Notes: a model not told the origin generated them from the sequence alone. A DNA stretch of 57,397 nucleotides from an uncultured Clostridia bacterium (GCA_937881855.1 CALGEL010000059.1:123032-180428); one strand, 5' to 3'. Positions 26,749 to 36,730 are shown, numbered from the stretch's first letter. Translations and numbers: made by a program.

Positions 26749-27336
26749 ATGGGCCGTTTAATGTTGAAGATTAAAAATGATTTTGTCAATGAAATTCCGT
26801 TAATTCGCATTTATTCTATATTATATTTAGCGGGGATTTTTATAGGTACGATCGGTGTCATACTTTCCTTTGATGCGCTTTCCAATATACCTTCAGCCAT
26901 CTTTACTACTGCGGATTCTTTGGAATTTGGCGGGATATTTTTTCAGCATTTTTGTTTTTTTCTGTCGCTGTACTTATTGGGAATGTCTGTAATTGGGCTT
27001 CCGCTTCTGCCGTTTTTTCCATTATATAAAGGTTTTTCGATCGGAGTAATCCTATCAATAGCCTTGATTTCAAATGGACTGCGCTGCTTCTTTATAAGTG
27101 TCCTGACATTTGTTTTTCAAAATATTTTTACTTTAATATTGGGATATTTTATTTGCATTTCCTCTGCCCGTCTGTCAATCTCTTTTTTTGAATTATTAAA
27201 GGGAAGGGGGAAACATTCTGCGTTATATCACGAGTTTTTAAACCATACATACCGTTTTTTGATTATTACGCCAATTCTGTTGCTTTTGAGTTATTTGCAA
27301 TGGAAGATCGTTCCGATCATCATTAAATTTTATTAG
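26749..27336 (+). CDS. spoIIM: Stage II sporulation protein M
   Basis: A polytopic protein of about 195 aa with the SpoIIM-like pattern (FLSLYLLGMSVIGLPLLPFFPLYKGFSIGV), immediately upstream of xerD as in many Clostridia. ATG 26749 follows gaggtg. Confidence 0.7.
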   Translation: MGRLMLKIKNDFVNEIPLIRIYSILYLAGIFIGTIGVILSFDALSNIPSAIFTTADSLEFGGIFFQHFCFFLSLYLLGMSVIGLPLLPFFPLYKGFSIGVILSIALISNGLRCFFISVLTFVFQNIFTLILGYFICISSARLSISFFELLKGRGKHSALYHEFLNHTYRFLIITPILLLLSYLQWKIVPIIIKFY

Positions 27337-27353
27337 AAAAGGAGGGGAGTACG

Positions 27354-28256
27354 GTGGAAAAAACTTATATGAATTTTTGCAATTTTCTCATGACTAAAAA
27401 GAAGACATCCGCCAATACTCTCGCTTCCTATCAGCGTGATCTTCGCCAACTGATTCAATATCTGGAAGGAAAGCAAGTTTCTTCTTGGAGCGAAGTTTCA
27501 GATGAATTGTTAAATACCTATTTTTCCTTTTTGAAAAGTTGCAACAAAAGCGACGCTACCATCTCCCGTTCGATGTCCACAATGCGTTGTTTTTTCAAAT
27601 ACTTGGTTTCCAAAAAAATCATATCTGCCAGCCCGATGGTCGGCATCAGAGGATTGAAAAGCGAAACCAAATTACCCGAAGTTCTTTCCGGCGAGGAAGT
27701 AGAACAACTCTTATGGCAACCCGATACTCAAACCGTCAAGGGTATGAGAGATAAGGCAATGCTGGAAGTATTATATGCTTCGGGAATTCGTGTCACCGAG
27801 TTGCTTTCTTTAAAACTATCCGATGTCAATCTCGATGTTGGATATTTAATGATGAACAAATATGAAGAGAATGAACGCATCATCCCCATTTATGCGTTAG
27901 CTGTTCAGTCGCTGAGAAATTATATGAACCAAGCCAGGCCCCAGTTGGTTGATAACAATAAAGAACAAACGCTTTTTGTCAATACCAATGGACAAGCTAT
28001 GACTCGTCAAGGGTTTTGGAAACTTGTAAGGCAATATACTTTGTCGGCAAATATTGCCAAAGATATCACTCCCAAGATATTGCGCCATTCTTTCGCTACG
28101 CATTTACTTGAAAATGGAGCAGATATTAATATGGTGAAAGATATGATGGGCCATTCTTCGTTGAATTCGACAAGAGTTTATGCGAAGCTACTTAAAGCTA
28201 AATATCTTTCAACCTATGAAAATTGTCACCCAAGAGCTGTAAAGGTAGGCGAATAA
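27354..28256 (+). CDS. xerD: Site-specific tyrosine recombinase XerD
   Basis: 300 aa with N-domain SANTLASYQRDL..L and catalytic residues in GIRVTELLSL, LRHSFATHLLENGADI..V..MMGHSSL..T.VY. A GTG start follows aggagggg. Confidence 0.85.
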   Translation: MEKTYMNFCNFLMTKKKTSANTLASYQRDLRQLIQYLEGKQVSSWSEVSDELLNTYFSFLKSCNKSDATISRSMSTMRCFFKYLVSKKIISASPMVGIRGLKSETKLPEVLSGEEVEQLLWQPDTQTVKGMRDKAMLEVLYASGIRVTELLSLKLSDVNLDVGYLMMNKYEENERIIPIYALAVQSLRNYMNQARPQLVDNNKEQTLFVNTNGQAMTRQGFWKLVRQYTLSANIAKDITPKILRHSFATHLLENGADINMVKDMMGHSSLNSTRVYAKLLKAKYLSTYENCHPRAVKVGE

Positions 28257-28259
28257 CAA

Positions 28260-28991
28260 ATGGGGCTTTTTAATGATTATATGCGTGAAGGCAAGGGTGT
28301 TCCAAAAGATCAATACACCCCGCGCTTTATATTGTTTTTCCAAATTTATTTTAGAAAATTTTGGAACCTGATTCTTATAAATTTGTTGTATATTGTTTCC
28401 TGCATCCCAATCGTAACGATTGGACCTGCAACCGCAGGAATAACAAAATTGTTGCGTAATTATGCAAGGGAAGAGCACGCTTTTATTTGGGGCGATTTTA
28501 TTGAGACGGCAAAGAAAAATTTCAAGCAGGCATTCCTTTATGCCACGCTTGATTTAATCGTTACTGTCTTTTTGATTTTTGATTTTTTAGCCATCGGAAA
28601 TATTGCTAATCGTGTAATGTCTATTCTTTGTATGGCGGCAATTTTTCTCGCCTTTACCGTTTGGTCTTTTATGCGATTTTATATTTATAATATGATGGTG
28701 ACCTTTCACCTTACCTTTAAACAATTAATAAAAAATGCATTTATTTTTTGTTGGGTCGGATTTTTCAGAAATCTTTTTACGGCCGTTATTTTATTGGCGG
28801 TTTTTATCATTATTTCCATGCTGAATTTTCCGTATCAACTGCTTATTTACGGAACTTTATTCTTCTCGTTTGGCGGATTTTTAATTAATTTTATGGTTCA
28901 GCCATTAATCAAAAAGCATATGATCGACGGATTTGATCCTGAAACCGGCGAACGATTGGAAGAAGAGAAATACGAAGGTTTTACCGAATAA
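28260..28991 (+). CDS. DUF624 (YesL-like) membrane protein
   Basis: The N-terminus (F..F...FWNLILINLLYIVSCIPIVTIGPATAG) is typical of DUF624/YesL proteins, and multiple TM segments follow. Confidence 0.6.
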   Translation: MGLFNDYMREGKGVPKDQYTPRFILFFQIYFRKFWNLILINLLYIVSCIPIVTIGPATAGITKLLRNYAREEHAFIWGDFIETAKKNFKQAFLYATLDLIVTVFLIFDFLAIGNIANRVMSILCMAAIFLAFTVWSFMRFYIYNMMVTFHLTFKQLIKNAFIFCWVGFFRNLFTAVILLAVFIIISMLNFPYQLLIYGTLFFSFGGFLINFMVQPLIKKHMIDGFDPETGERLEEEKYEGFTE

Positions 28992-28998
28992 AATCAAT

Positions 28999-29030
28999 AA
29001 AACAGCCGCATCAAAAGCGGCTGTTTTTTA
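28999..29030 (+). terminator. Intrinsic terminator
   Basis: Stem aaacagccgc pairs with gcggctgttt across a 7-nt loop and is followed by a T run. Confidence 0.85.
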
Positions 29031-29042
29031 TTATTAAAACTA

Positions 29043-29071
29043 TTGTATTTTTATTGGGTTTTTGGTATAAT
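29043..29071 (+). promoter_or_regulatory. Candidate sigma-A promoter (extended -10) for mltG
   Basis: TTGTAT (29043-29048), a 17-nt spacer, then TGgTATAAT (29063-29071). Confidence 0.5.
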
Positions 29072-29097
29072 TTATTAAAAAATATCTGAGGTGTTTA

Positions 29098-30171
29098 ATG
29101 AAAAAGAAAGTCATCATTCTTGGAATTATCATTTTATCTATTCTTGCAATTATTCTTGGCGCGATTATTGCGATCCCTAAGATCAAAGGATACCTCCCAT
29201 ATTATTATGATCTTAACGGAAAAAACCAGCAGGACAAGCCTTATGTCTTGGAAATTGATAAGACCGATTTCGCAAATGAAGTTGTCAAAGAATTATTTGA
29301 TAACGGCATCATTTGTTCTTCTGCTCGTTTTTTAAATTATATTAACAAAAACTATCCCGACTTCGTTTGGTACAATGGTGTTTATCATCTCAATGCCAAT
29401 ATGTCTTATAAGCAATTATGCGAAGCATTGATGCACCCTGATGAAACCTTGAATTATGTTAAATTCACCGTTCCCGAAGGTAAAAACGTGCGCGACATAG
29501 CGAACATCGTTTCAAAGTCCGGCCTATGCACAGCCGACGAGTTTTTGAAGGCTGCCGACAGCTATGATTATGACTTTGATTTTATTGACGAATTAAAGAA
29601 TCGCGATCAAAGTAAAATCGGCTATAAGTTAGAGGGTTATCTTTTTCCGGCAACCTATGAATTTCGCGCAGATACGGTTACTCCGCAAGAAATTGTGGCA
29701 AAAATGCTGCAAACATTTTCGGAATATGTTACCCCCGAAATGATCAAAAAGGCAAAAAAAATGGACCTTTCACTCAATGAATTTATCACCTTTGGCTCCG
29801 TTGTACAAGCCGAAGCGTTCAGCAAAGAATCCATGGCCGGAGTTTCTTCCGTTTTTTGGAATCGACTGAATTCAAAAGAATATCCCAGACTTCAATCGGA
29901 CCCCACAACAAAATATGCGAAGTCTTTATCAGATCTTTCTCATTACTCCAAGGATATGCGCTCTGCCTATGACACATATACTTGCAGCAATTTGCCCGTC
30001 GGACCGACAAATTGCCCCGGCATCGACGTTTTAAACGCAATCTTAAACCCGCCAAAAACGGATTATTATTATTTTGTCACCGATAAAAATGGGCAATTCT
30101 ATTTTAACACCACCCTTAAAGGGCATAACCAGATAATTCAATCTCTTAAAAGCAAAGGTCTTTGGGCTTAA
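29098..30171 (+). CDS. mltG: Endolytic murein transglycosylase MltG (YceG-like)
   Basis: N-terminal TM anchor, F.VPEG, LEGYLFP.TYEF, ASIVQ.E-like (GSVVQAEA), SVFWNRL, LQSDPT and YDTY...LP.GPI.NPG. Confidence 0.9.
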   Translation: MKKKVIILGIIILSILAIILGAIIAIPKIKGYLPYYYDLNGKNQQDKPYVLEIDKTDFANEVVKELFDNGIICSSARFLNYINKNYPDFVWYNGVYHLNANMSYKQLCEALMHPDETLNYVKFTVPEGKNVRDIANIVSKSGLCTADEFLKAADSYDYDFDFIDELKNRDQSKIGYKLEGYLFPATYEFRADTVTPQEIVAKMLQTFSEYVTPEMIKKAKKMDLSLNEFITFGSVVQAEAFSKESMAGVSSVFWNRLNSKEYPRLQSDPTTKYAKSLSDLSHYSKDMRSAYDTYTCSNLPVGPTNCPGIDVLNAILNPPKTDYYYFVTDKNGQFYFNTTLKGHNQIIQSLKSKGLWA

Positions 30172-30174
30172 ATT

Positions 30175-31740
30175 ATGATCCATTTAATTCAACACCCTTC
30201 GTATAACAAAATTACTCCAGACACAATTCAACCCGAAGCTCCGTACACATTCGATTATTTATCGCAAGGGGAGGAGTTAGGGTATCAAGTAGTTGTATAT
30301 ACAGATAGTGCCCAAGGAATCCCGGCCAAATTTGAATTAGAGTTTAACGGACAATATCAGGTGTATTTGGAAAAATACGTCGATGTCAACCGACCGTATT
30401 TTGAAGGTGACCCGAAGAGTGGTTATCTGATCGATAACCCCGATGCTTTACCGGATTGCTTGATACCGATTTCTCCCGACGATGTCTTTTTCATTAATTG
30501 CAACTATATCGTACTATGGGTTTCAATTTCCACAGAAAATATCGGCGAAAACAAATCGACTTTGACGATTTCAACCAAGGATGAATCAGCAAGTTGCACC
30601 TTGGATTTAAATGTTGTACAAATTAGTAAAAATCCGCAATCTTTCGGTCATTGCGAATATGTTGACCCCGTTTTTCTCGTTAAAGACCATGGGGTGGCGC
30701 TGTTTGGCGATAGGTTTTGGAACATATTGCATCAATATTTTAAATTGGCCGCAGACCACGGTGTCAATGAAATCCTGGTGCCACTCTTTACTCCGCAATA
30801 TCCCAACTATCCATCCGAAAAATTGATTCAATTAGTCAGCATTAAGAAGATTGGGGAGGACTATGAGTTCAACTTTGATCTTTTGGATCGATGGATCAAA
30901 ACAGCGCTGGATGTAGGCATCACTCGTTTAACATTCCCTGTATTTCTGCCGGATTTTGATCATCCCTTTGGTGCGCCGATTATCGTCCAAGTTGACGGTG
31001 AAGAGCAGCTACTTAACGAAAACGAAACGGTTTTATCTAAAAATTATAAGATCTTTACACGAAAGTTTTTAAATAAACTTTTGAAACATTTGGAAAAATA
31101 TCGTCCCCATATTTTCAGTTTTCATTTTTCTTGCTCGCCGCAGGTATGGAACGAAAAGATCTATCAAGAATTTCGCGCAGTATTTTGTGAATATGTCAGA
31201 AAATACAGAATTTCAGATTATGATGTAGAATATCGATTTTACAAGAAAGATCTTGTCGGCTCAGCGATCGTTCATCTTCACGACCTTTTTGCATACCCCG
31301 AAGATTCAGCCAACTTTTTGAACGGTTGCTTCGACATCGCCGATTATAACGACCCAATAAATATGTCGATTGCATCTTCTTCTGTTCGACTAAGGTGTCT
31401 GGGTGCCTTTGGATATCGATATGAATTAGCTCGTTTCTTCCATATGGGCTTTAATGCACCGGATTTAGATAATCAGTATCCATCCGGCAGTTTATCATTG
31501 GTATATCCCGGTGAAACAGAAGTGTATCCTTCCATACGATTAAAGCAATTAAAATATGCAATTCAGGATAATCGTCTTTTAGATGCGCTGCATTCAAGAT
31601 ATTCACCCAAACGGATGAATGGATTGATCGATCGATATTTATTCAAAAATGATCGTTATATGGACGATCCGATTCGCTACCAAAAATTCAGAACCGAAAT
31701 ATATGAATTATTAGAAAACATAAATAAATATAGGAAATGA
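30175..31740 (+). CDS. DUF4091-like putative glycoside-hydrolase-fold protein
   Basis: A 521-aa cytoplasmic protein with no TM segments. The family assignment is from memory of DUF4091 proteins (size, central barrel-like segment), not a search. Confidence 0.35.
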   Translation: MIHLIQHPSYNKITPDTIQPEAPYTFDYLSQGEELGYQVVVYTDSAQGIPAKFELEFNGQYQVYLEKYVDVNRPYFEGDPKSGYLIDNPDALPDCLIPISPDDVFFINCNYIVLWVSISTENIGENKSTLTISTKDESASCTLDLNVVQISKNPQSFGHCEYVDPVFLVKDHGVALFGDRFWNILHQYFKLAADHGVNEILVPLFTPQYPNYPSEKLIQLVSIKKIGEDYEFNFDLLDRWIKTALDVGITRLTFPVFLPDFDHPFGAPIIVQVDGEEQLLNENETVLSKNYKIFTRKFLNKLLKHLEKYRPHIFSFHFSCSPQVWNEKIYQEFRAVFCEYVRKYRISDYDVEYRFYKKDLVGSAIVHLHDLFAYPEDSANFLNGCFDIADYNDPINMSIASSSVRLRCLGAFGYRYELARFFHMGFNAPDLDNQYPSGSLSLVYPGETEVYPSIRLKQLKYAIQDNRLLDALHSRYSPKRMNGLIDRYLFKNDRYMDDPIRYQKFRTEIYELLENINKYRK

Positions 31741-31751
31741 AAGGAAATAAT

Positions 31752-32846
31752 ATGAAATTAGGTATTGTGGGATTACCCAATGTCGGTAAAAGTACTTTAT
31801 TTAATGCAATTACAAACGCAAAAGCACAATCGGCAAACTATCCGTTTTGTACTATCGATCCCAATGTTGGAGTTGTATGTGTCCCCGATAAACGGCTGGA
31901 TATTTTGGGCGAAATGAATCGTTCAAAAAAGATTGTTCCAGCCATCATCGAATTTGTTGACATTGCCGGATTGGTAAAGGGAGCGTCCAAGGGCGAAGGT
32001 CTTGGGAATAAATTTTTGGGGAACATCCGCGAAGTGGATGCGATTGTCCATGTGGTTCGCTGTTTTGAAGACTCAAATATTGTCCATGTAGATGGTTCGG
32101 TCGATCCCATTCGAGATATTGACACAATCAATCTCGAATTAATCTTTTCCGACATCGAATTGGTAGAAAAACTGCGCGATCGCGCCGCAAAATTGGCCAA
32201 AGGGGATAAGAAGCATTTGGTCGAAGTTGCTTTGTTTGATAAACTCAAAGAAGCGTTAGAGCAGGAGCGTTTTGTCAGCACGGTTGAATTAACCGACGAA
32301 GAAAAAGAGATAATGAAAAGTGTTTCTTTGCTTACCGATAAGCCGGTCATTTACGCCGCCAATGTTTGCGAAGAAGATTTCAAAAACGGAAAGCTAAGCA
32401 ACCCCTATATTGAGGCGGTTGAAGAGCGCGCGTCCAAAGAAAATGCGGAAGTTCTTGTCATTTGCGCTCGAATGGAAGAAGAAATCAGCGAATTGGACGA
32501 AGAAGAAAAGGAGCTCTTTCTTGCTGAACTGGGTTTTGAACACAGCGGCTTGGATCGTATGATTTCGACCTGCTATAATCTTTTGGGTTTGATCAGTTAC
32601 ATCACCAGCGGCGAGATGGAAACCAAGGCTTGGACGATCAAAGAAGGAACCAAGGCTCCGCAAGCCGCAGGAAAGATCCATTCCGACTTTGAACGCGGCT
32701 TTATTCGTGCTGAAATTGTTTCTTATGACGACCTAATCGAATGTGGCTCAATGGTAGCCGCCCGCGAAAAAGGATTGGTTCGAAGCGAAGGAAAGGAATA
32801 TGTTATGAAAGACGGAGATGTGGTCCTTTTCCGTTTCAATGTATAA
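31752..32846 (+). CDS. ychF: Ribosome-binding ATPase YchF
   Basis: MKLGIVGLPNVGKSTLFNA, DIAGLVKGAS.GEGLGN.FL, and a C-terminal TGS-like domain (KAWTI..G..AP.AAG.IHSDFE.GFIRAE). Start taken at ATG 31752. Confidence 0.95.
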   Translation: MKLGIVGLPNVGKSTLFNAITNAKAQSANYPFCTIDPNVGVVCVPDKRLDILGEMNRSKKIVPAIIEFVDIAGLVKGASKGEGLGNKFLGNIREVDAIVHVVRCFEDSNIVHVDGSVDPIRDIDTINLELIFSDIELVEKLRDRAAKLAKGDKKHLVEVALFDKLKEALEQERFVSTVELTDEEKEIMKSVSLLTDKPVIYAANVCEEDFKNGKLSNPYIEAVEERASKENAEVLVICARMEEEISELDEEEKELFLAELGFEHSGLDRMISTCYNLLGLISYITSGEMETKAWTIKEGTKAPQAAGKIHSDFERGFIRAEIVSYDDLIECGSMVAAREKGLVRSEGKEYVMKDGDVVLFRFNV

Positions 32847-32882
32847 AAAAATAAGAGTTCCAAACGGAACTCTTATTTTTTA
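32845..32882. terminator. Bidirectional intrinsic terminator between ychF and spoIIE
   Basis: Stem aataagagttcc pairs with ggaactcttatt, with an A run upstream and a T run downstream. Confidence 0.85.
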
Positions 32883-35015
32883 TGTGTTTGATTTAAGGAA
32901 ACGACAGATCATAACCGTAACATCATCGTCGTGTTTATAAGAAAAAGATCTCATAATATTTTTTGCAAAAGTTTGTGAATCTTCATGCTTACATTCCATC
33001 AACAACTCTGACTCTTCGTCTGTAATTGCCAATCCGTCAGAAATCATAACAAGATAATCATCCTCGGAAAATGAAATTCGTTTATGTATAATTTGTTCCT
33101 CCTCCGACAGCCCCATCGGAATACCGCCGCCATCAATTTTGATGCACGCATCTTTTTGTACCAAATAGCTATCATAAGCCCCACTCTTATAAAAATCCGC
33201 CATACCCGTCTCTAAATTCAATATGCATAAATCCAATGTGGAAAATGTTTCCTTTGGATTAAACCGTATTACCGAGCGCAAGATATTTAAAGTATTTGAT
33301 ATGCTCATTCCGCCTTGAAGAAGTCGTTTTAACACCGATACTGTCAGTTCACTATATGCACCGGCTTGCCGCCCGCATCCCATTCCATCGGATAAAATCA
33401 GGCAATATCGTTTTTTGTCGATAGAAAAACCTATGGCTTGGTCTCCGCAGATGGTCTCTTGATCCTTTGCTCTGCAAAGGGCAGCGCACTGAATCATAAA
33501 CGGATTCGTTTCTTTAAATATAATTTTATTTTGTTCACAAATTAATGTAATGGGGGATGAAATCTGATTAGAAAGGATCGCTCTGATTCGCTGTTTATTT
33601 TCATTTATTTGGCAATCCTTAATAGAAATAACACCATTTATAAAATTACGACGATCATTTGATATATGAACACTTTTGACAACAATACCGTCCTTTTTAA
33701 ATGCATCCATAATATTTTGTTCCAACTCAACGTTGTTTGCCGAGACTATGCTCTCATCATCCATGGCAGACTCAATTCGCTTGCTTATATAATTTAGTTG
33801 ATCAACCATCTCGCCAAGTTCATTTTTATTTTTTGTTTTAAGTATTCGTTGGATTGCACATTCCATTGCATTTGGCTTGATACAAAAGGGAAGAGCTTCT
33901 GAAACCGAAGGGATTTTTTCATTCACTTTATATTGTTCATCAAAATTATTTAGTATCGCTTTGAGTTCGCTTGAATTTTTTCCATAGCAATGTTTGGCGT
34001 GATCGCAAAATGCCCCACATTCTTTTTTACATCGTTGATATAACCCTTCCGTTTTTGATTTTTTATCTGATAACTGACGCACAGGAATGTATGATGATAA
34101 GATTTTTCTTATTTTCGCTTTTGGAAGCGGCAGCACTAATAAAGAAGCAATCACCGGCTCTAAAAAATACCGATAATTCCACGGAAACCAACCCAAAAAT
34201 ATAAGGCTCGAATAATATACAATAATAAACGAGGTCACACTGAACTTATTGGAAAACGATGAAAACAAACAGCCGGCCAATGTTGCAGTAACAACAGCAA
34301 TAAAAATCGCCTCTCCGCCGTTTGAAACGGCAGATAATATAATTCCTATACTTGATCCCAAAACGACGATATGGCTGATTCTAAGGCAATATAACGATGA
34401 TAAAATAAGGAATATACCCAACATTCTCGCAACGCTTAGATTTAAAAGATAAACATTATGTAAGGAACAAAAAATTAAAACCAAAGTGATCGAGGCGGCG
34501 ATAATTTCTTTGGAAGTAAGATAACAACTCTTTTTAAATGCGCTCGCCGCATAATTGACAAAATAAACACAACAGCAAATCAAGACGGATTCTCCAACAA
34601 GTATTAAAACATTATAGAGCGTCAGTTGACCCACCAATAAGAATAAAAATCCGCAAACAAAACAGCACACCGAAGTGAAAACCGCTGTATCATACTTAAT
34701 TAGTTTAAATGATTTTTGAAACAACGCATATATAACATAGATCATCGTCAAAGCGGTAATATATTTAAAAGATGACAACTCAAACGGAGTCAGCAATGTA
34801 CCGACAATTCCTCCCATATAGCAAGCCGTCGGTACCAATCCGATATTATAACTCGTCGAAAAAAGAATCAACGAGAACGGCGAAAAGTTTTCAAAAAGAA
34901 CACATTGCGATAAGAAAAAATTCAAGCCGAAAGAAATTATCAACCTTAAAACGTAATAAAATACAGATATCATTTTATTTTGGAAATGATCCATTTTACT
35001 TTGAACTTTAATCAT
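32880..35015 (-). CDS. spoIIE: Stage II sporulation protein E (membrane-anchored PP2C phosphatase)
   Basis: The N-terminal ~320 aa are polytopic. The C-terminal PP2C domain reads GDQAIGF...LSDGMGCG..A...S ... ST.DL..L.L..G....KSGA ... VMISDG. ATG follows aaggaga. Confidence 0.85.
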   Translation of the reverse strand: MIKVQSKMDHFQNKMISVFYYVLRLIISFGLNFFLSQCVLFENFSPFSLILFSTSYNIGLVPTACYMGGIVGTLLTPFELSSFKYITALTMIYVIYALFQKSFKLIKYDTAVFTSVCCFVCGFLFLLVGQLTLYNVLILVGESVLICCCVYFVNYAASAFKKSCYLTSKEIIAASITLVLIFCSLHNVYLLNLSVARMLGIFLILSSLYCLRISHIVVLGSSIGIILSAVSNGGEAIFIAVVTATLAGCLFSSFSNKFSVTSFIIVYYSSLIFLGWFPWNYRYFLEPVIASLLVLPLPKAKIRKILSSYIPVRQLSDKKSKTEGLYQRCKKECGAFCDHAKHCYGKNSSELKAILNNFDEQYKVNEKIPSVSEALPFCIKPNAMECAIQRILKTKNKNELGEMVDQLNYISKRIESAMDDESIVSANNVELEQNIMDAFKKDGIVVKSVHISNDRRNFINGVISIKDCQINENKQRIRAILSNQISSPITLICEQNKIIFKETNPFMIQCAALCRAKDQETICGDQAIGFSIDKKRYCLILSDGMGCGRQAGAYSELTVSVLKRLLQGGMSISNTLNILRSVIRFNPKETFSTLDLCILNLETGMADFYKSGAYDSYLVQKDACIKIDGGGIPMGLSEEEQIIHKRISFSEDDYLVMISDGLAITDEESELLMECKHEDSQTFAKNIMRSFSYKHDDDVTVMICRFLKSNT

Positions 35016-35143
35016 TTTAATCTCCTTGTTTTTTATTAAATTATAAATAAACCGAAGATTTAATTTTGTCGTATTTTTGTTGATTTTAAAATTTTATTAA
35101 AGGTATAGATATTTTTGATTTTTTCATATATAATGTTCTTATT

Positions 35144-36199
35144 ATGAAGATAGATAAATTGCTGATGAATAACATTGTGGAACCGCTTTTAACGTGGTAC
35201 GATTCTAATAAGCGCGATCTCCCTTGGCGTCATAATCCGACACCGTATAGAGTATGGATATCCGAAATTATGCTCCAACAAACCAGAGTGGACCCTGTAA
35301 TACCATATTATCTGAGATTTATGGAGACTTTTCCATCGGTTGAAGCCCTTGCAAATGCACCCGAAGAGCTTTTGATGAAGCATTGGGAAGGTTTGGGTTA
35401 TTATAGTCGTGCAAGAAACTTGCAAAAAGCAGCCAAAATTATTGCAAAAGCGGGCCAGTTTCCGCAAGATTTCGAAGGCTGGCTGAAACTTCCGGGTGTA
35501 GGGAACTATACCGCAGGTGCAATTTGTTCCATTGCATTGGGACTTCCAACGCCGGCAGTCGACGGAAATGTTTTAAGAGTACTGTCTCGCGTATTAGGTT
35601 CCAAAGAAGATGTTGCCTCCGATTCGGTTAAAAAAGAATTCACAGAAGCATTAAGAACCATCTACCCAAGCGGCAAAACTTCGGAATTCACTCAATCCTT
35701 GATGGAACTTGGAGCAACCGTTTGCCTCCCGAACGGCGAACCACATTGTAATGAGTGTCCATTAAATGAGTTGTGTTTTGCATTAAAGAACGATTTGATC
35801 GGCCAAATTCCGTTTAAAGCACCCAAGAAAAAACGAAAGATTGAAGTGCGCACTGTCTTAATCTTTCGTCATAATAATGAGATTGCTTTAAATCGCCGCC
35901 CCGATAAAGGGCTTCTTGCAAAAATGTGGGAATTTCCAAACCTTGAAGGGCATCTGCCTGAAAGCTTTATCCAAGAAAAATACAAAAATGACAAGATTAT
36001 AAGTATCTTACCCATTGGATCTTCTACCCATATTTTTTCCCACATTGAATGGCAAATGGTTGGTTATTTAGTCAACGTCAATGAAAAAAACACTCAGCTT
36101 AAATGGGTGACAGTACCCGAATTGCTTGACGAAATTGCACTTCCGAGTGCATTTCGGTATTATTTGAATTATTTAAAAGAATTACGCTATAAGGAGTAA
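35144..36199 (+). CDS. mutY: A/G-specific adenine DNA glycosylase
   Basis: LPWR....PY.VWISEIMLQQT.V, the HhH-GPD motif LPGVG.YTAGAI, the Fe-S cluster C..P.C..CP....C, and a C-terminal NUDIX-like domain. Confidence 0.9.
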   Translation: MKIDKLLMNNIVEPLLTWYDSNKRDLPWRHNPTPYRVWISEIMLQQTRVDPVIPYYLRFMETFPSVEALANAPEELLMKHWEGLGYYSRARNLQKAAKIIAKAGQFPQDFEGWLKLPGVGNYTAGAICSIALGLPTPAVDGNVLRVLSRVLGSKEDVASDSVKKEFTEALRTIYPSGKTSEFTQSLMELGATVCLPNGEPHCNECPLNELCFALKNDLIGQIPFKAPKKKRKIEVRTVLIFRHNNEIALNRRPDKGLLAKMWEFPNLEGHLPESFIQEKYKNDKIISILPIGSSTHIFSHIEWQMVGYLVNVNEKNTQLKWVTVPELLDEIALPSAFRYYLNYLKELRYKE

Positions 36200-36202
36200 T
36201 TT

Positions 36203-36730
36203 ATGAAAAAGTTTTTTAAGTTTATCGGTTCTCTTTTTTTAGATCAACTTGTAGGGATTATTTCGGGCTCTATGCTCGTTCTTTGTGTTGCCTCTGTTTT
36301 TCAAAACAGTAAATGGGGATATTTCTTAGCATTTATCTTTTCTTTTGGATTTTATGCGTATGTTACATATAATTCCGGCTTTAAAGCCGGTTTCAAAGAT
36401 ATTCATCGCATTCGAAAAGAGCCTTCATACCGCGGCCACTGGTTCATTGGTTTTTTGGCCGGTATAGTAACGATCATCCCATTGATCGCCTTGCTGATCA
36501 TCTATATCATTACCGACAACGGCGTATATGCACTCTACTATATGATTGCAAATATGTACTGGACATGGCCGCTTGCAGGTATTTTCAAAAGCCACCAGAT
36601 ATTAATAATGGCTCTGACCTATATCCCGATGGTTTTCATTCCGTGGATTGGTTATATTGCAGGTTATAATAACTTTATTCTATTGGATAAAGTTGTACTG
36701 TTATACAAAAGATATATTGACAAGAAATAA
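36203..36730 (+). CDS. Hypothetical polytopic membrane protein
   Basis: 175 aa with about five hydrophobic segments, tightly following mutY. I do not recognise a family. Confidence 0.5.
   Translation: MKKFFKFIGSLFLDQLVGIISGSMLVLCVASVFQNSKWGYFLAFIFSFGFYAYVTYNSGFKAGFKDIHRIRKEPSYRGHWFIGFLAGIVTIIPLIALLIIYIITDNGVYALYYMIANMYWTWPLAGIFKSHQILIMALTYIPMVFIPWIGYIAGYNNFILLDKVVLLYKRYIDKK

Noticed and set aside
35067-35073. A Spo0A-box-like TGTCGTA in the spoIIE-mutY divergent region
   Set aside because: It is a single 7-mer with one mismatch to TGTCGAA in very AT-rich DNA, which cannot be distinguished from chance by eye.
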